A program made the translations under genes and the position numbers. The notes beneath the pieces are model-generated. The model worked only from the letters and a program-made list of their open reading frames with translations. It was not told the DNA's origin and did not search any database. A DNA stretch of 64,000 nucleotides from Candidatus Binatia bacterium (GTDB lineage Bacteria; Desulfobacterota; Binatia; Bin18), in NCBI GenBank assembly GCA_963666315.2, contig CAXXHG010000035.1, positions 11,800 to 75,799 on the forward strand, in the 5' to 3' direction. Of this stretch, positions 21,233-31,829 are shown piece by piece (within the stretch, counting starts at the first letter, position 1; each line of letters starts with the position of its first letter).

Positions 21233-21856
21233 ATGAGCGATCTGACATTACCAAAAGATAAAACCGCCATCCTGGTGATGGACTGCCAAAACGATATTGT
21301 GCATGAAGACGGCAAAGTCGGCGGTCACCTGACCGACGGAGCCATGCCGAGGTTGATCAAAGAAAAGAATATCCTCGGCACGATCAGTAAGCTGGCCGCC
21401 GTGGGCAGAGCGGCCAAGGTGCCGATCATTCATGTGCGGCATGCGTATCGGCCGGATTACGCCGACCTGCCGGAAAACTTCAAGATTTTTCGAAGCATGA
21501 AACAGATGCAGGCCCTGCAAGATGGTACATGGGGCGCTGAGATCCATGCCGACGTCAGTCTTGAGCCGCAAGATATCGTTCTTACCAAAACGCGCGTCAG
21601 TTCTTTTTATGCGAGTCCGCTGGAAGGCATCCTCAACGCCCAGGGCCTCACCCACCTGGTGCTGACTGGAATTGCAACCGATGGCGTGGTTGAGGGAACG
21701 GCGCGCGATGGCGCCGACCGGGGCTATACCATCATTATTCCCGACGACTGCTGTGCCGCTACGACCGAAGAGGCCCATCGGGTGATTTTGGGCGGCATTC
21801 TCGCCGCCCTGACTACGGTGTGTACGGCTGATGATGTGATCCAGGCGTTAGGGTAG
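21233..21856 (+). CDS. Isochorismatase/cysteine hydrolase family protein
   Basis: ILVMDCQND, K.RVSSF and GIATDGVVEGTARD motifs. Confidence 0.88.
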   Translation: MSDLTLPKDKTAILVMDCQNDIVHEDGKVGGHLTDGAMPRLIKEKNILGTISKLAAVGRAAKVPIIHVRHAYRPDYADLPENFKIFRSMKQMQALQDGTWGAEIHADVSLEPQDIVLTKTRVSSFYASPLEGILNAQGLTHLVLTGIATDGVVEGTARDGADRGYTIIIPDDCCAATTEEAHRVILGGILAALTTVCTADDVIQALG

Positions 21857-21903
21857 GAGCGCAACGATAGGGCGAGGGAACCTCGTCCCTACAGCACGCG
21901 TTG

Positions 21904-22326
21904 CTACAGCTCGGGGGGGGCCAGGATCGTCAAGCCAAAGAACGACTCGTTGCCCGTACGCAGTGAGTGCGGGGCGCCGGCCGGAATCATGAGCACGTCG
22001 CCTACTTTGAGATCCTGCTCTTTGCCGGACACTTTGGCTGTCGCGCACCCCTCAACGACATAAATAATCTGGTCGCCCTTGTGGGTGTTCTCTGTGTCGT
22101 TGCTATAGCCTGCCGGCAGGGTGAATGCGACTGTCTGGCTCATAGGGGTTTCTTGCAACTTGGCCACCGGGCTGCCTCGATGCTCAAAGACGTTGGCAAC
22201 ATCAAGCCCGCCTGCCGCACCGTTTGCCCCAAGTTCTTGCATCTGTTCTGCAAACAGTGCATCTGAGATCAGCCCCTGCCGATACGCCTTAAGGATTTGT
22301 TTCACTTCAAAATCTTTGTGCGCCAT
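21904..22326 (-). CDS. Cupin domain protein
   Basis: HKGDQIIYVVEG and GDVLMIPAGAPH motifs. Confidence 0.85.
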   Translation of the reverse strand: MAHKDFEVKQILKAYRQGLISDALFAEQMQELGANGAAGGLDVANVFEHRGSPVAKLQETPMSQTVAFTLPAGYSNDTENTHKGDQIIYVVEGCATAKVSGKEQDLKVGDVLMIPAGAPHSLRTGNESFFGLTILAPPEL

Positions 22327-22465
22327 ACTGTTACTCCCTTCTTTAATGAGTTTTCGATACGCGTGCCTTTGGCCATAGCGCTGGGCTGTACGGAAAGCAA
22401 GACGTTGGCGATATTAATCGGAAGTGTTGCAGGTGGCAGGACCGGCGCGTATGCTCTGGCCCTGC

Positions 22466-23407
22466 ATGCAATACACCACCCTAGGACGGACTGGTCTCAA
22501 GGTCAGTGTCGCTGGCCTTGGTTGCGGCGGCCACAGCCGGTTGGGGCAGAGAACCGGAAAAACTGAGCAAGAATCTATTGGAATCGTCCACCAGGCGTTA
22601 GATCTTGGTGTTAATCTCATTGATACTGCCGAGGCATATAAAACCGAAAAGATCGTAGGCAAGGCCATTCAAAGCATCCGGCGCGATCAGATTGTCATCT
22701 CAACAAAAAAACTGTGTTCGTCGTCCGATAGTAAGAATCCAAGCGGTGAACTCCGGCGTGGAGTTGAACAAAGCCTCAAGCGGCTGCAGACCGACTACGT
22801 AGATGTCTTCTATCTCCACGGCGTGCGGCCCGAGCAATACCAGTATGCACGCGACACGCTTGCGCCGGTGCTGGTGCAGCTGCGTGAGGAGGGGAAGATC
22901 CGCTTCATCGGTGTGACCGAGGCCTTTATTCCCGATCCGCAACACGCCATGCTCAAACAGGCTCTGGAGGATGACTGTTGGGATGTGATGATGGTCGGGT
23001 TTAATCTGCTCAATCAATCCGCACGCCAGCGCGTATTTCCAAAAACCCAAGAAAAAAATATCGGCATCATGGATATGTTTGCGGTGCGTAATGCGCTCAG
23101 TCGGCCGGATCACCTTCAAAAGCTCTTGACCGAGTTAAGAGACAATAAACAGATCAATCCAACGCTGTGTGACAGGAAAGAGCTTCTTGGCTTTCTGACC
23201 GAAAACGTAAAAGCCGAGACGATTCCTGAAGCCGCCTATCGGTACTGTCGGCATGAACCGGGGATCGATACGGTCTTGATCGGAACCGGCAACGTCGGTC
23301 ATCTCAAGGAGAATGTTGCTGCTCTCCTGAAGGAGCCTTTGGTGCAGCAAGATAGGCAGCGGCTGGGAGAGATGTTTGGGCAGGTGGATTCGGTGTCGGG
23401 GAATTAG
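22466..23407 (+). CDS. Aldo/keto reductase
   Basis: LGRTGLKVS..GLG, IDTAEAY and SLKRLQTDYVD motifs. Confidence 0.92.
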   Translation: MQYTTLGRTGLKVSVAGLGCGGHSRLGQRTGKTEQESIGIVHQALDLGVNLIDTAEAYKTEKIVGKAIQSIRRDQIVISTKKLCSSSDSKNPSGELRRGVEQSLKRLQTDYVDVFYLHGVRPEQYQYARDTLAPVLVQLREEGKIRFIGVTEAFIPDPQHAMLKQALEDDCWDVMMVGFNLLNQSARQRVFPKTQEKNIGIMDMFAVRNALSRPDHLQKLLTELRDNKQINPTLCDRKELLGFLTENVKAETIPEAAYRYCRHEPGIDTVLIGTGNVGHLKENVAALLKEPLVQQDRQRLGEMFGQVDSVSGN

Positions 23408-23526
23408 TTTTGTTGTGGTGTGTCTAGGGCGAAACGTACGTCTAGGTGAAAAACAGGCCATGCTAACAAGTAGTGTATGCCTAGCCCCTCCTCGGAGGGG
23501 AAGGTAGACCGTAAAAGGAGACTCCT

Positions 23527-25269
23527 ATGGGCGAACCAACTTTCGTTGTCGAAAAAGACGTAGCCGTTCCCATGCGAGACGGCGTTGTTCTACGGGCTGA
23601 TGTATTTCGCCCTGCGGGAGCAGGCTCGTATCCGGTCATCCTGCAGCGGACTCCGTATAATAAGAGCCTCACCATGATTTCCATGCTCATGCTTGATGTC
23701 ATGCGTACAGCCAGTGAGGGCTACGTTGTCGTTATTCAAGACTCGCGTGGTCGATACGCCTCGGACGGAGAGTTTTACGCCTTTCGAGATGACATTGCGG
23801 ATGGTTATGACACGGTGGAGTGGTGTGCGGTGCAGCCGTGGTCAGACGGCAATGTCGGCATGTATGGCGCGTCTTATGTTGGCGCTACACAGTGGTTGGC
23901 CGCCATAAGCAAACCGCCCCATCTCAAGGCTATTTTCCCACTGATTACGGCCTCCGATTATCACGAGGGCTGGACGTATCAGGGCGGAGCCTTTGCGCTT
24001 GGTTTTAACGCAAGCTGGACCATGACCGGCCTGGCGCCGGATACGGCCATGCGCCTTGCCAAACAAAATCCCGAACTACGAGACGACGCGGGACAACTGC
24101 TGACCGGGATTGACGATATGTGTGATGTCTTTCGTCATCTCCCGCTGAAAGATTTTCCGTTCTTCAGTAAGTCTGCGCCGTACTTCTACGACTGGGTGGC
24201 GCATCCGGACGATGACGACTACTGGGCACGGCTCAATATTGAAAACCGGCATGATTCGATTACCGTCCCGGCTTGCAATGTCGGTGGCTGGTACGACATT
24301 TTTTTGGGCGGTACGATTCGTAATTATGTGGGTATGCAAGAACGAGCGGCCACCCCAGAGGCTCGCAGCGGTCAGAAACTCGTCATAGGTCCGTGGCACC
24401 ATACACTGCCTCTCAGCAATATCGTGGGCGAGGCGAATTTCGGGCTAGCGAGTACACCCCTGGCTGCAGATCTGGATGGCCTGCACATTAAATGGTTTGA
24501 CTACTGGCTCAAAGGCAAACGGAACGGTCTGTTAGAAGAACCGCCCGTCCGCATTTTTGTGATGGGCAAGAATGTATGGCGGAATGAAAACGAATGGCCG
24601 CTGGCTCGGACCCAGTACACAACGTACTACTTGCATAGTGACGGAAAAGCGAACAGCCTGCGTGGTGATGGAATACTGAGTCCTGAGGTCCCGCGTAGCA
24701 AACTTGCCGATGCGTATGTGTCTGACCCGCGTAATCCCGTTCCAACCAAGGGCGGAGGGTTGTGCTGCTGGCCCGCGGCTGTACCAGGCGGCGCGTTCGA
24801 TCAACGATCCGTAGAAGAACGGGAAGACGTCCTGGTATACACTACCCCGGTATTGGAACAGGATGTCGAGGTCACCGGACCGATAACGGTTACGCTGTAC
24901 GCGGCAACCAGCGCGGTCGATACCGACTTTACGGCTAAGCTGGTAGATGTCCATCCAGCAGGGTACGCACGTAATCTGACTGACGGTATCATTCGTGGTC
25001 GCTATCGTGCATCAAAAGTAAAAGCAACGCTGCTCAAACCGGATGAGGTTTACGAGTTTACGATAGACCTGTGGGCGACCAGCAATGTCTTCAAAGCCGG
25101 GCACCGTATTCGTCTCGACATCGCCAGCTCAAACTTCCCACGTTTTGACCGCAATCCGCAAACGGGTGAGGCAAGTGGCGAGGCAAGCATACTGGAGCCC
25201 GCCCTACAGCACGTCTTTCATGACGAAGCGCATCCTTCTCACGTGGTGTTGCCGATTATTCCGAAGTGA
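23527..25269 (+). CDS. CocE/NonD family hydrolase
   Basis: MRDGVVL.AD, RTPY, GASYVG nucleophile, GWYD and IGPWHH motifs. Confidence 0.93.
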   Translation: MGEPTFVVEKDVAVPMRDGVVLRADVFRPAGAGSYPVILQRTPYNKSLTMISMLMLDVMRTASEGYVVVIQDSRGRYASDGEFYAFRDDIADGYDTVEWCAVQPWSDGNVGMYGASYVGATQWLAAISKPPHLKAIFPLITASDYHEGWTYQGGAFALGFNASWTMTGLAPDTAMRLAKQNPELRDDAGQLLTGIDDMCDVFRHLPLKDFPFFSKSAPYFYDWVAHPDDDDYWARLNIENRHDSITVPACNVGGWYDIFLGGTIRNYVGMQERAATPEARSGQKLVIGPWHHTLPLSNIVGEANFGLASTPLAADLDGLHIKWFDYWLKGKRNGLLEEPPVRIFVMGKNVWRNENEWPLARTQYTTYYLHSDGKANSLRGDGILSPEVPRSKLADAYVSDPRNPVPTKGGGLCCWPAAVPGGAFDQRSVEEREDVLVYTTPVLEQDVEVTGPITVTLYAATSAVDTDFTAKLVDVHPAGYARNLTDGIIRGRYRASKVKATLLKPDEVYEFTIDLWATSNVFKAGHRIRLDIASSNFPRFDRNPQTGEASGEASILEPALQHVFHDEAHPSHVVLPIIPK

Positions 25270-25287
25270 AGGAGCAAAGGAGAAACT

Positions 25288-26064
25288 ATGTCCCTGAAAA
25301 TTGAAGATCACGGCCGGGTCCGAAAACTTACCCTGAACCGCCCCGAGCAATTGAATGCGTTTAATAATGAACAGTATGCTGCGGTGCGGGATGCACTGAA
25401 ACAGACCGAACAAGACCCTGGCATTGCCGTTGCGGTTTTGACAGGCGAAGGTCGGGCGTTTTCCGCCGGCCAAGACTTAGCCGAGATGCAGCGGATGATC
25501 GACAGCGGCAGTGAGGGCTATCAGTTTCCGAGCTTTCTTGCTCAGCTAACGTCATTCAAAAAACCGCTCATCGCTGCAGTCAACGGTGTGGGCGTGGGGA
25601 TCGGTATGACCATGCTGTCTCACTGTGACCTGGTACTGATATCGAGTAGGGCCAAGTTGCGTACGCCATTTCCGCAACTCGGCCTTGCACCGGAAGCGGG
25701 CAGCAGTGGTCTTTTTCCCATGCGTATGGGCTGGCAGAACGCTGCCTACACGTTGCTATCCGGGAAGTGGATGTCAGCAGAAGAAGTATATCAAGCCGGC
25801 TATGTCTGGAAAATGTGTCCTCCGGAAGAGTTGATGGATCAGGCTATGGCCACGGCAGAAGAGATCGCCGCTAACCCCATTTCCTCTCTTGTCGCAACCA
25901 AGGAACTCATGCTGGCGGGTGGACGGCTTGCGTTGGCGAAAGAGTCTCATGCGCGTGAAATTGAAGCGTATAAAGACTTGGTCGGCGCGCCGGCCAACCG
26001 TGAGGCAATTGCCGCCTTTCTAGAGAATCGTAAGCCGGACTTTTCGAAAATTCCTGGGGCGTGA
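25288..26064 (+). CDS. Enoyl-CoA hydratase/isomerase family protein
   Basis: FSAGQDL, AAVNGVGVG and GLAPEAG motifs. Confidence 0.9.
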   Translation: MSLKIEDHGRVRKLTLNRPEQLNAFNNEQYAAVRDALKQTEQDPGIAVAVLTGEGRAFSAGQDLAEMQRMIDSGSEGYQFPSFLAQLTSFKKPLIAAVNGVGVGIGMTMLSHCDLVLISSRAKLRTPFPQLGLAPEAGSSGLFPMRMGWQNAAYTLLSGKWMSAEEVYQAGYVWKMCPPEELMDQAMATAEEIAANPISSLVATKELMLAGGRLALAKESHAREIEAYKDLVGAPANREAIAAFLENRKPDFSKIPGA

Positions 26065-26166
26065 GGGGTTGGGACCCTTCTTCTTCGTCAGGACTGACCT
26101 CGTGCATAATAAACGGTATATGGCCGCCTTGGTTAAGCGAGTTTCAGGGCAACTCCAGACAAGCAT

Positions 26167-26433
26167 GTGGGAAAGATCTTACATATCATACACATGTTGG
26201 AGGAATTTGGGCCAGGTCTTCCCTTCCCCTACTCCAGCCAGATCGAAGGAAAGATGCGAGAGCTAAGGGCACACTACGGAAAAACGCATTATCGACTGCT
26301 GTACTACGGAGATGTACGGCGAGGCTTTATTCTGCTGCATGCGTTCATGAAGCGGACGGAGCGTATACCAGAGAAAGAGAAAAGAATCGCCCGGCAGCGA
26401 CTCCAGGCGGATGAACAGCGAAAGAAGGGCTAA
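26167..26433 (+). CDS. RelE/Gp49-like toxin (5' end probably degraded)
   Basis: LEEFG..L.FPY..QIEGKMRELR..YRLLY..FILLHAFMKRT. Confidence 0.8.
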   Translation: MGKILHIIHMLEEFGPGLPFPYSSQIEGKMRELRAHYGKTHYRLLYYGDVRRGFILLHAFMKRTERIPEKEKRIARQRLQADEQRKKG

Positions 26434-26438
26434 ACAAG

Positions 26439-26789
26439 ATGAAGAAGAATAGGTACACGGCATTCAACCAGCGCGCCTTAACCAAGCCCGAGATTAGGAA
26501 AGCCTTTGACGCGGGGTTGGACGAGCTCCGGTTTGCTGTTCGCTTGGCAGAACTACGAGAAAAGCGTGGACTGACGCAGACTCAACTCGCTGCTCAGATT
26601 TCCACCAGTCCCGCCGTGATTTCCAGAATTGAGAACGGCGGTAATGCACAGCTGAAGACGCTGCAGAAAACCGCACGGGCTCTGCAGGTCCAGCTCAAAA
26701 TTGACCTTGTCGAAGCCAGACAAGCCCCAGATGCAGTCAGACCAGCTTCTCCAATAACGCTTTGGCGTCCTTTATTGCCCAAATCCTGA
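26439..26789 (+). CDS. XRE HTH antitoxin
   Basis: LREKRGLTQTQLAAQI..ISRIENG, directly downstream of the toxin. Confidence 0.85.
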   Translation: MKKNRYTAFNQRALTKPEIRKAFDAGLDELRFAVRLAELREKRGLTQTQLAAQISTSPAVISRIENGGNAQLKTLQKTARALQVQLKIDLVEARQAPDAVRPASPITLWRPLLPKS

Positions 26790-26841
26790 CTAGCACGCGT
26801 CCGTATCCTTCGCCGGGAAGAGCAGACTAACCTTAAAGGAA

Positions 26842-28256
26842 TTGACTGTGCAGCGTAATCCGCGTGTCTCAATTGGTATTTTCTCTGGGCTCATTATCCT
26901 TTGCACCTCATACTGGATGCCGGTTTGGGCTGCGTCTCCGCTCATTACTTTGAATCCGCCGAGTCGATTGTCCTTTACTGGTTTTGCCACGTCGCTCGCT
27001 ATTGTCGGCGATGTTGACGCGGACAGCATGCCTGGTTACCTGGTCGGGGCGTACCAGCATGGTTTGAATAATACGGAAAAGCAGGGTCGGGCTTTTCTCT
27101 TTAGCGGGCGCGAGGGCCGGTTTTACTGACGTTGGACAATCCATTTCCCCAGGCAGACGCCGCCTTTGGCTGTGCTGTCGCTGGGGCTGGTGACGTGAAT
27201 CAAGACGGGGTGCCCGACCTCATTATTGGTGCCTTTGGCCAAGGAGAGAGAGGCAGTGCACGCGATCTTGTTGGCTGGCAAGAGCTGCTGGGCGTGGGAG
27301 GAGTGCGCAATCTTTCCCAAGATGCCGGGAGTGGCCACGGGTTTGTGTTCAGCGGCAAAGACGGACAACTCCTGTACACGCTCCTCTCACCTCAACCGCA
27401 AGCCGGGGCTGCGTTTGGCTGGGCGGTTACGTCTATGGCCGACGTAACCCAAGACGGCATTAACGAACTTGTTGTCGGTGCGCCCGCCCAAGATGGTGTA
27501 GGCAGAGTGTTTGTGTTTAACGGGCGCAGCGGCAGCTTACTGAGGACCTTGATGCCACCGCCCGAGTCCTCTGGCATGGCGTTTGGCTGGGCGGTTGCCG
27601 CGATTAGTGATCTGAATACAGACGGGGCTCCCGAGATCTTGGTGGGAGCTCCGCACTCCAACTAAAGGCGAGCAGGCCACGGGGCAGGGCCGAGTCTACG
27701 TCTTTAGTGGTCAAACTGGGACGCTGCTTTACAGCATTGATGACCCTCAGCCTCAAGCGGGCGCGACCTTCGGCTGGCATGTTGCGTCAGGCGGAGACCT
27801 CAACCAAGACGAGGTGCCGGACATCCTGGTAGGAGCCCCTCACAAGGATGTTAATTCTCGCCGCTGGGAGGGCGCAGCCCTTGCCTTTAGCGGGCAGGAT
27901 GGCTCGCTTCTCTTTGCCCTCAACAACCCAGCGCCTCGACTCGATACCGGTTTCGGCTGGGTCGTTGGGAAGAGCATGGACCTCAATCAGGACGGGGCGG
28001 CTGAAATCTTTGTTGGTGCTCCGTACCAAAGAGTGGACGAATTGCACGTACAGGGTGAGGTTTTTGTCTTCAACGGCCGTGATGGCGGGCATCTGACCAC
28101 GCTTGATAACCCCTCTCCGCACTAGGGTTCAGCCTTTGGCTATGCGGTGGTCTCACCGGGGGATGTGGATGGCGACAAGCGGCCTGACTTTGTCATTGGC
28201 GCGGCAGGTCAAGGGACGCGAGACCAGATTGCCGTAGGCCGCGTATATTTTTGTAT
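26842..28256 (+). pseudogene. FG-GAP (integrin-alpha) repeat exported protein, disrupted
   Basis: Repeated FG..V...GD.N.DG.PD..VGAP units over several frames; stops at about 27663 and 28123. Confidence 0.8.
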
Positions 28257-28496
28257 CCCGCCCGCAACCGGCGGAAAGATACTGACCTGATCTCCATCCG
28301 TCAGCGCCCGCTCAAATTCGCGCGTTTGCTCACCGTTGACCAATACCATTTGAGCCAGCTCGAGAGGAATATCCAGATGTTGGATCAGATCGCTGATGGT
28401 CACATTATCCGCCAAGTCCAGCGTCGCCTTGCCCCTGGATGAATCCGGCGGCAATTTTTTACGCAGTGTGGCAAAGAGCTTGAGATTGATCTGCAT
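28209..28496 (-). CDS. MoaD/ThiS family sulfur carrier with read-through past the GG motif
   Basis: MQINLKLFATLRK...GDQVSIFPPVAGG followed by 15 extra residues. Confidence 0.85.
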   Translation of the reverse strand: MQINLKLFATLRKKLPPDSSRGKATLDLADNVTISDLIQHLDIPLELAQMVLVNGEQTREFERALTDGDQVSIFPPVAGGIQKYTRPTAIWSRVP

Positions 28497-28509
28497 GGAT
28501 AGCTTGCCC

Positions 28510-29937
28510 TTAGTTGGCCTTTCCAATGCCTGGAGTCGGGGTCCGAGGAAGTTCGTCAAGTCTATCCGGACGTGTGCCGATGAGCGGGGCGTGCGATCCT
28601 TTTTTCCACGTCTGGGGGGTTTTGCCATTCAGCCGATAGGCGCGGTCTTTTGCTGGTGCACCTAACAGCGTCTGGCTGATCAGTTTCTGGGCCGTGCCCG
28701 TCGCCACATAGGCCCGGCGAATGTCCGTCGGATTTTTCTTGATATAATCAGCCCAGTTGCCGAGTGTCTGTTTAGTCTGAATCAGTCCTTTGACCATGCC
28801 CACGTCGTTGAGCATGGTCACATCATCAATACGCCCGACGAATAGTGCGCCGACCATGCGGTCGCCGTCCCAGACGTATTTGCGATAAATCGGCCGCGTA
28901 GGGTTCGACACGATTGTGGTCTCTTGGCCTGCCTCATGCCACTGGCCAAAGCTGGCACAGTGCAGATTAATGACATCCAGTACGTTCAGTAGCAGGCTGC
29001 CTGGATAATGAGTTTCTTTGCCTGCCATATTGACGCCGGCAATACGGCCATGATCGACAGCTGTGGGCTGAATGGCATGCACGGCCGATGAGCCATTCAG
29101 TAGATCTGGTCCAGCCGCAACATCGCCCGCCGCATAGATGCCGGGAATATTGGTTTGCATGCGGTCATCTACAACAATGCCGCCATCCACGGTAATGCCG
29201 GAGCCATCGAGAAAGCTCAGATTAGGTTGAATGCCTGTGGCCAGAATGACAATATCCGCGTTCAGGCTTGAGCCTGTGCTGAGCGATAGGCTGAGCTTGT
29301 CGCCCTGGCGCGTAATACTCTGCACTTGGGCGCCGGTGTGAACGGTCACGTCCCGATTGCTCAGCCAGCCTTCAACCGCCTCAGCGCCTTTTGTGTCGAG
29401 CATGCGCGGCAAGACTTGTGATTCGGTTTCTACAACTGAAAGATTCCAGCCCAACTTCGCCATGGCGTTCAATACAATGAAACCGATGAAGCCCGCGCCA
29501 ATGAGCACGGCTTGTGGGGTACCTTGGACTTTGGCCATGACCTGCTTGGCGTCGTCTAAGGTCCAGAATGTATACACACCTTCTTGGTCGATGCCGGAGA
29601 TAGCAGGACGTTGGGCCGAGGAGCCGGTGGCAATCAGCAAGGTGTCAAATGAATGAGTAGAGCCGTCGCCGAGTGTCACCGAGCGTATTTGGGTATCGAC
29701 TTTCTCGACTTGGCCGGACACGGATTCAATGCCGTGCTTTTCGAAATAGGACTGATCACCCGTCAGGACATGCTGCTCTGGAATCTCATTGGCCAAATAG
29801 TACGGTAGGACCATGCGCGAGTAGGCTGGTTCGTTGGAGATCAGTGTAATCTGTGCATTCGCTCCAGCTGTGGCACGGATGGTCTCAGCCGCCGCCACGC
29901 CGGCAGGTCCAGCGCCAATAATGATGTGTTGTGCCAT
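28510..29937 (-). CDS. FAD/NAD(P)-dependent oxidoreductase (AorC-like)
   Basis: GAGPAG, ATGS, GAGFIG and IYAAGD motifs; lies in the AOR operon. Confidence 0.88.
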   Translation of the reverse strand: MAQHIIIGAGPAGVAAAETIRATAGANAQITLISNEPAYSRMVLPYYLANEIPEQHVLTGDQSYFEKHGIESVSGQVEKVDTQIRSVTLGDGSTHSFDTLLIATGSSAQRPAISGIDQEGVYTFWTLDDAKQVMAKVQGTPQAVLIGAGFIGFIVLNAMAKLGWNLSVVETESQVLPRMLDTKGAEAVEGWLSNRDVTVHTGAQVQSITRQGDKLSLSLSTGSSLNADIVILATGIQPNLSFLDGSGITVDGGIVVDDRMQTNIPGIYAAGDVAAGPDLLNGSSAVHAIQPTAVDHGRIAGVNMAGKETHYPGSLLLNVLDVINLHCASFGQWHEAGQETTIVSNPTRPIYRKYVWDGDRMVGALFVGRIDDVTMLNDVGMVKGLIQTKQTLGNWADYIKKNPTDIRRAYVATGTAQKLISQTLLGAPAKDRAYRLNGKTPQTWKKGSHAPLIGTRPDRLDELPRTPTPGIGKAN

Positions 29938-29960
29938 GGCTCTTCTTCCTTTGAATCCTA

Positions 29961-31829
29961 CTATTCTAACCCTAACTCTTTTTTCTTCTCGGCAGTGATG
30001 ATCCCGTTTTTGTCCCAGCCGCGCAGTTCATAATATTCGGGCAGCATTTCACCAAGGCGATTGACCTCGCCTTTGGCTGGTCCGGATGGAATAGGCTCTT
30101 CCAGAATACGTTTGGGCAAAGTATCGTCCTTGCCCGTGAAGCCGGCCCGCTCGTTCCACAGCCGTTCCAAGTTCCAAATGCGTTCGCCGATTAACATCAA
30201 TTCTTCGAGCGTGTAGGGCACTCCTGTGGCTGCCGACAACTGGGGCAGCATTTCCTCAAGACCTACCCCAAAGGTGAGGAATTGACACAGGCCGAGAGCA
30301 TCCACGGTTGAGGTGGCGTCTTGGAAGATCTTGGTGATCTCAGCTTTCTCTTCTGTGGCTCTGGGGTCCATCTGACGTGGCAGACCCAGGATTTCAGCAG
30401 CTACGGTATACGCCTTCAAATGGCACGCGCCCCGGTTCGAGGTCGCATAGCCGAGGCCCATGCCCTGAATGGCGCGGGCTTCATACGCGGCAAATTCTTG
30501 GCTGCGTACGCCCATAAAGAACTCGGGCCGGCCCAGCGTCTCCGTCATGCGTCTGGAACCCTCGGCAATGACATCGCCAAAACCCTGACGGTAGGCGGTC
30601 TTTTCAGCCATAACGATCAGGGCTTCAGCGTTGCCAAATTCGAGCGGCAGCTCGGTCTCGTTTTGGGTCACCACGCCTTTTTCAAACAGCTCCATGGCGG
30701 CCGCCACACTAGCGCCGAAGCTGATCGAATCCATCCCCAGGTCGTTGCACAGCCAGTTGGCTTTGATGAGAGCATCCAGGTCTCCGATGCCGCACTCGGC
30801 ACCCATAGCCCAGGCGGCTTCATACTCCGGGCCCTCGCCCGCGATTTTCCAATTGCGCGGGTTAGTCGTCACGGAGTATTTCGAGGCTGCTTCTCCCGGC
30901 AGGGTGCTGACCCTGCCGCAGGCGATAGTGCAGGCAAAGCAGGCTTTGTTGGCAACCAGGCGCGTCTCGGTCAGGGTCTCGCCGCTAATGTTTTCAGCCT
31001 CTGCAAAGACGGTTTCTTGGTGATTGCGCGTGGGCAGCGCGCCGTGTTCGTTAATCACGTTGACCAAGACTTCCGTGCCGTACATGGGGAGACCCTCAGC
31101 TGTTACCGGAGCTTCGCGCAATTTTGCCTTCATCGCCCACTGGCCTTCCATATAGGCCTGTGGGTCGGCCAGGCTGACACCGCCCGTACCCCGCAGGGCG
31201 ATGGCTTTGAGATTTTTCGAACCCATGACCGCGCCTACGCCGGACCGACCGGCGGCACGATGCAGGTCGTTCATAATGCAGGCAAAGCGAACCAGCTTTT
31301 CTCCTGCCGGACCGATGCTGGCGATGATAGTGTCAGGCACGCCGAGTTCGCTCCGTAACTCCTCTTCGGTTTGCCACACCGTCTTGCCCCACAAGTGCGT
31401 CGCATCACGGAGTTCGACCTGATCATCATAGATCCACAGATAAGAGGGCTTTTCCGCCTTGCCTTCCAGGATGATCATGTCGTAGCCGGCGAACTTCATC
31501 TCCGGTCCCCAAAAGCCGCCTGAGTTCGAGGTCGTGATAGCATTGGTCAGTGCGCCTTTGGTGATGACCATATAACGCGAACCGCACGAGGCGTTAGTGC
31601 CGGTGAGTGGACCGGTGGCAAAGATCATTTTATTGTCCGGGCTGAGCGGATCGACCGTGGGGTCCATCTCTTCAGACAGATATTTGACTCCAAGCCCGCG
31701 ACCACCGACGTAGTCTTTGGCCCATTCGGCATTGAGCGGCTCTTTGGTGATCGTGCTGGTGGTGAGGTTCACGCGCAGAACTGTTCCGATCCAACCATGC
31801 ATGCCATTCATATCAGTCTTGCCGCTCAT
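29961..31829 (-). CDS. aor: Tungsten-type aldehyde:ferredoxin oxidoreductase
   Basis: GGRGLG, SNSGG, AAGRSGVGAVMGSKNLKAI, CFACTIAC, EGPEYE, RGACH and DDTLPKR motifs. Confidence 0.93.
   Translation of the reverse strand: MSGKTDMNGMHGWIGTVLRVNLTTSTITKEPLNAEWAKDYVGGRGLGVKYLSEEMDPTVDPLSPDNKMIFATGPLTGTNASCGSRYMVITKGALTNAITTSNSGGFWGPEMKFAGYDMIILEGKAEKPSYLWIYDDQVELRDATHLWGKTVWQTEEELRSELGVPDTIIASIGPAGEKLVRFACIMNDLHRAAGRSGVGAVMGSKNLKAIALRGTGGVSLADPQAYMEGQWAMKAKLREAPVTAEGLPMYGTEVLVNVINEHGALPTRNHQETVFAEAENISGETLTETRLVANKACFACTIACGRVSTLPGEAASKYSVTTNPRNWKIAGEGPEYEAAWAMGAECGIGDLDALIKANWLCNDLGMDSISFGASVAAAMELFEKGVVTQNETELPLEFGNAEALIVMAEKTAYRQGFGDVIAEGSRRMTETLGRPEFFMGVRSQEFAAYEARAIQGMGLGYATSNRGACHLKAYTVAAEILGLPRQMDPRATEEKAEITKIFQDATSTVDALGLCQFLTFGVGLEEMLPQLSAATGVPYTLEELMLIGERIWNLERLWNERAGFTGKDDTLPKRILEEPIPSGPAKGEVNRLGEMLPEYYELRGWDKNGIITAEKKKELGLE

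Noticed and set aside
30321-31358. Long antisense ORFs (also 16987-17823, 52807-53772 and 60291-60995)
   Set aside because: They are antisense or alternate-frame shadows of well-supported genes in GC-rich DNA.
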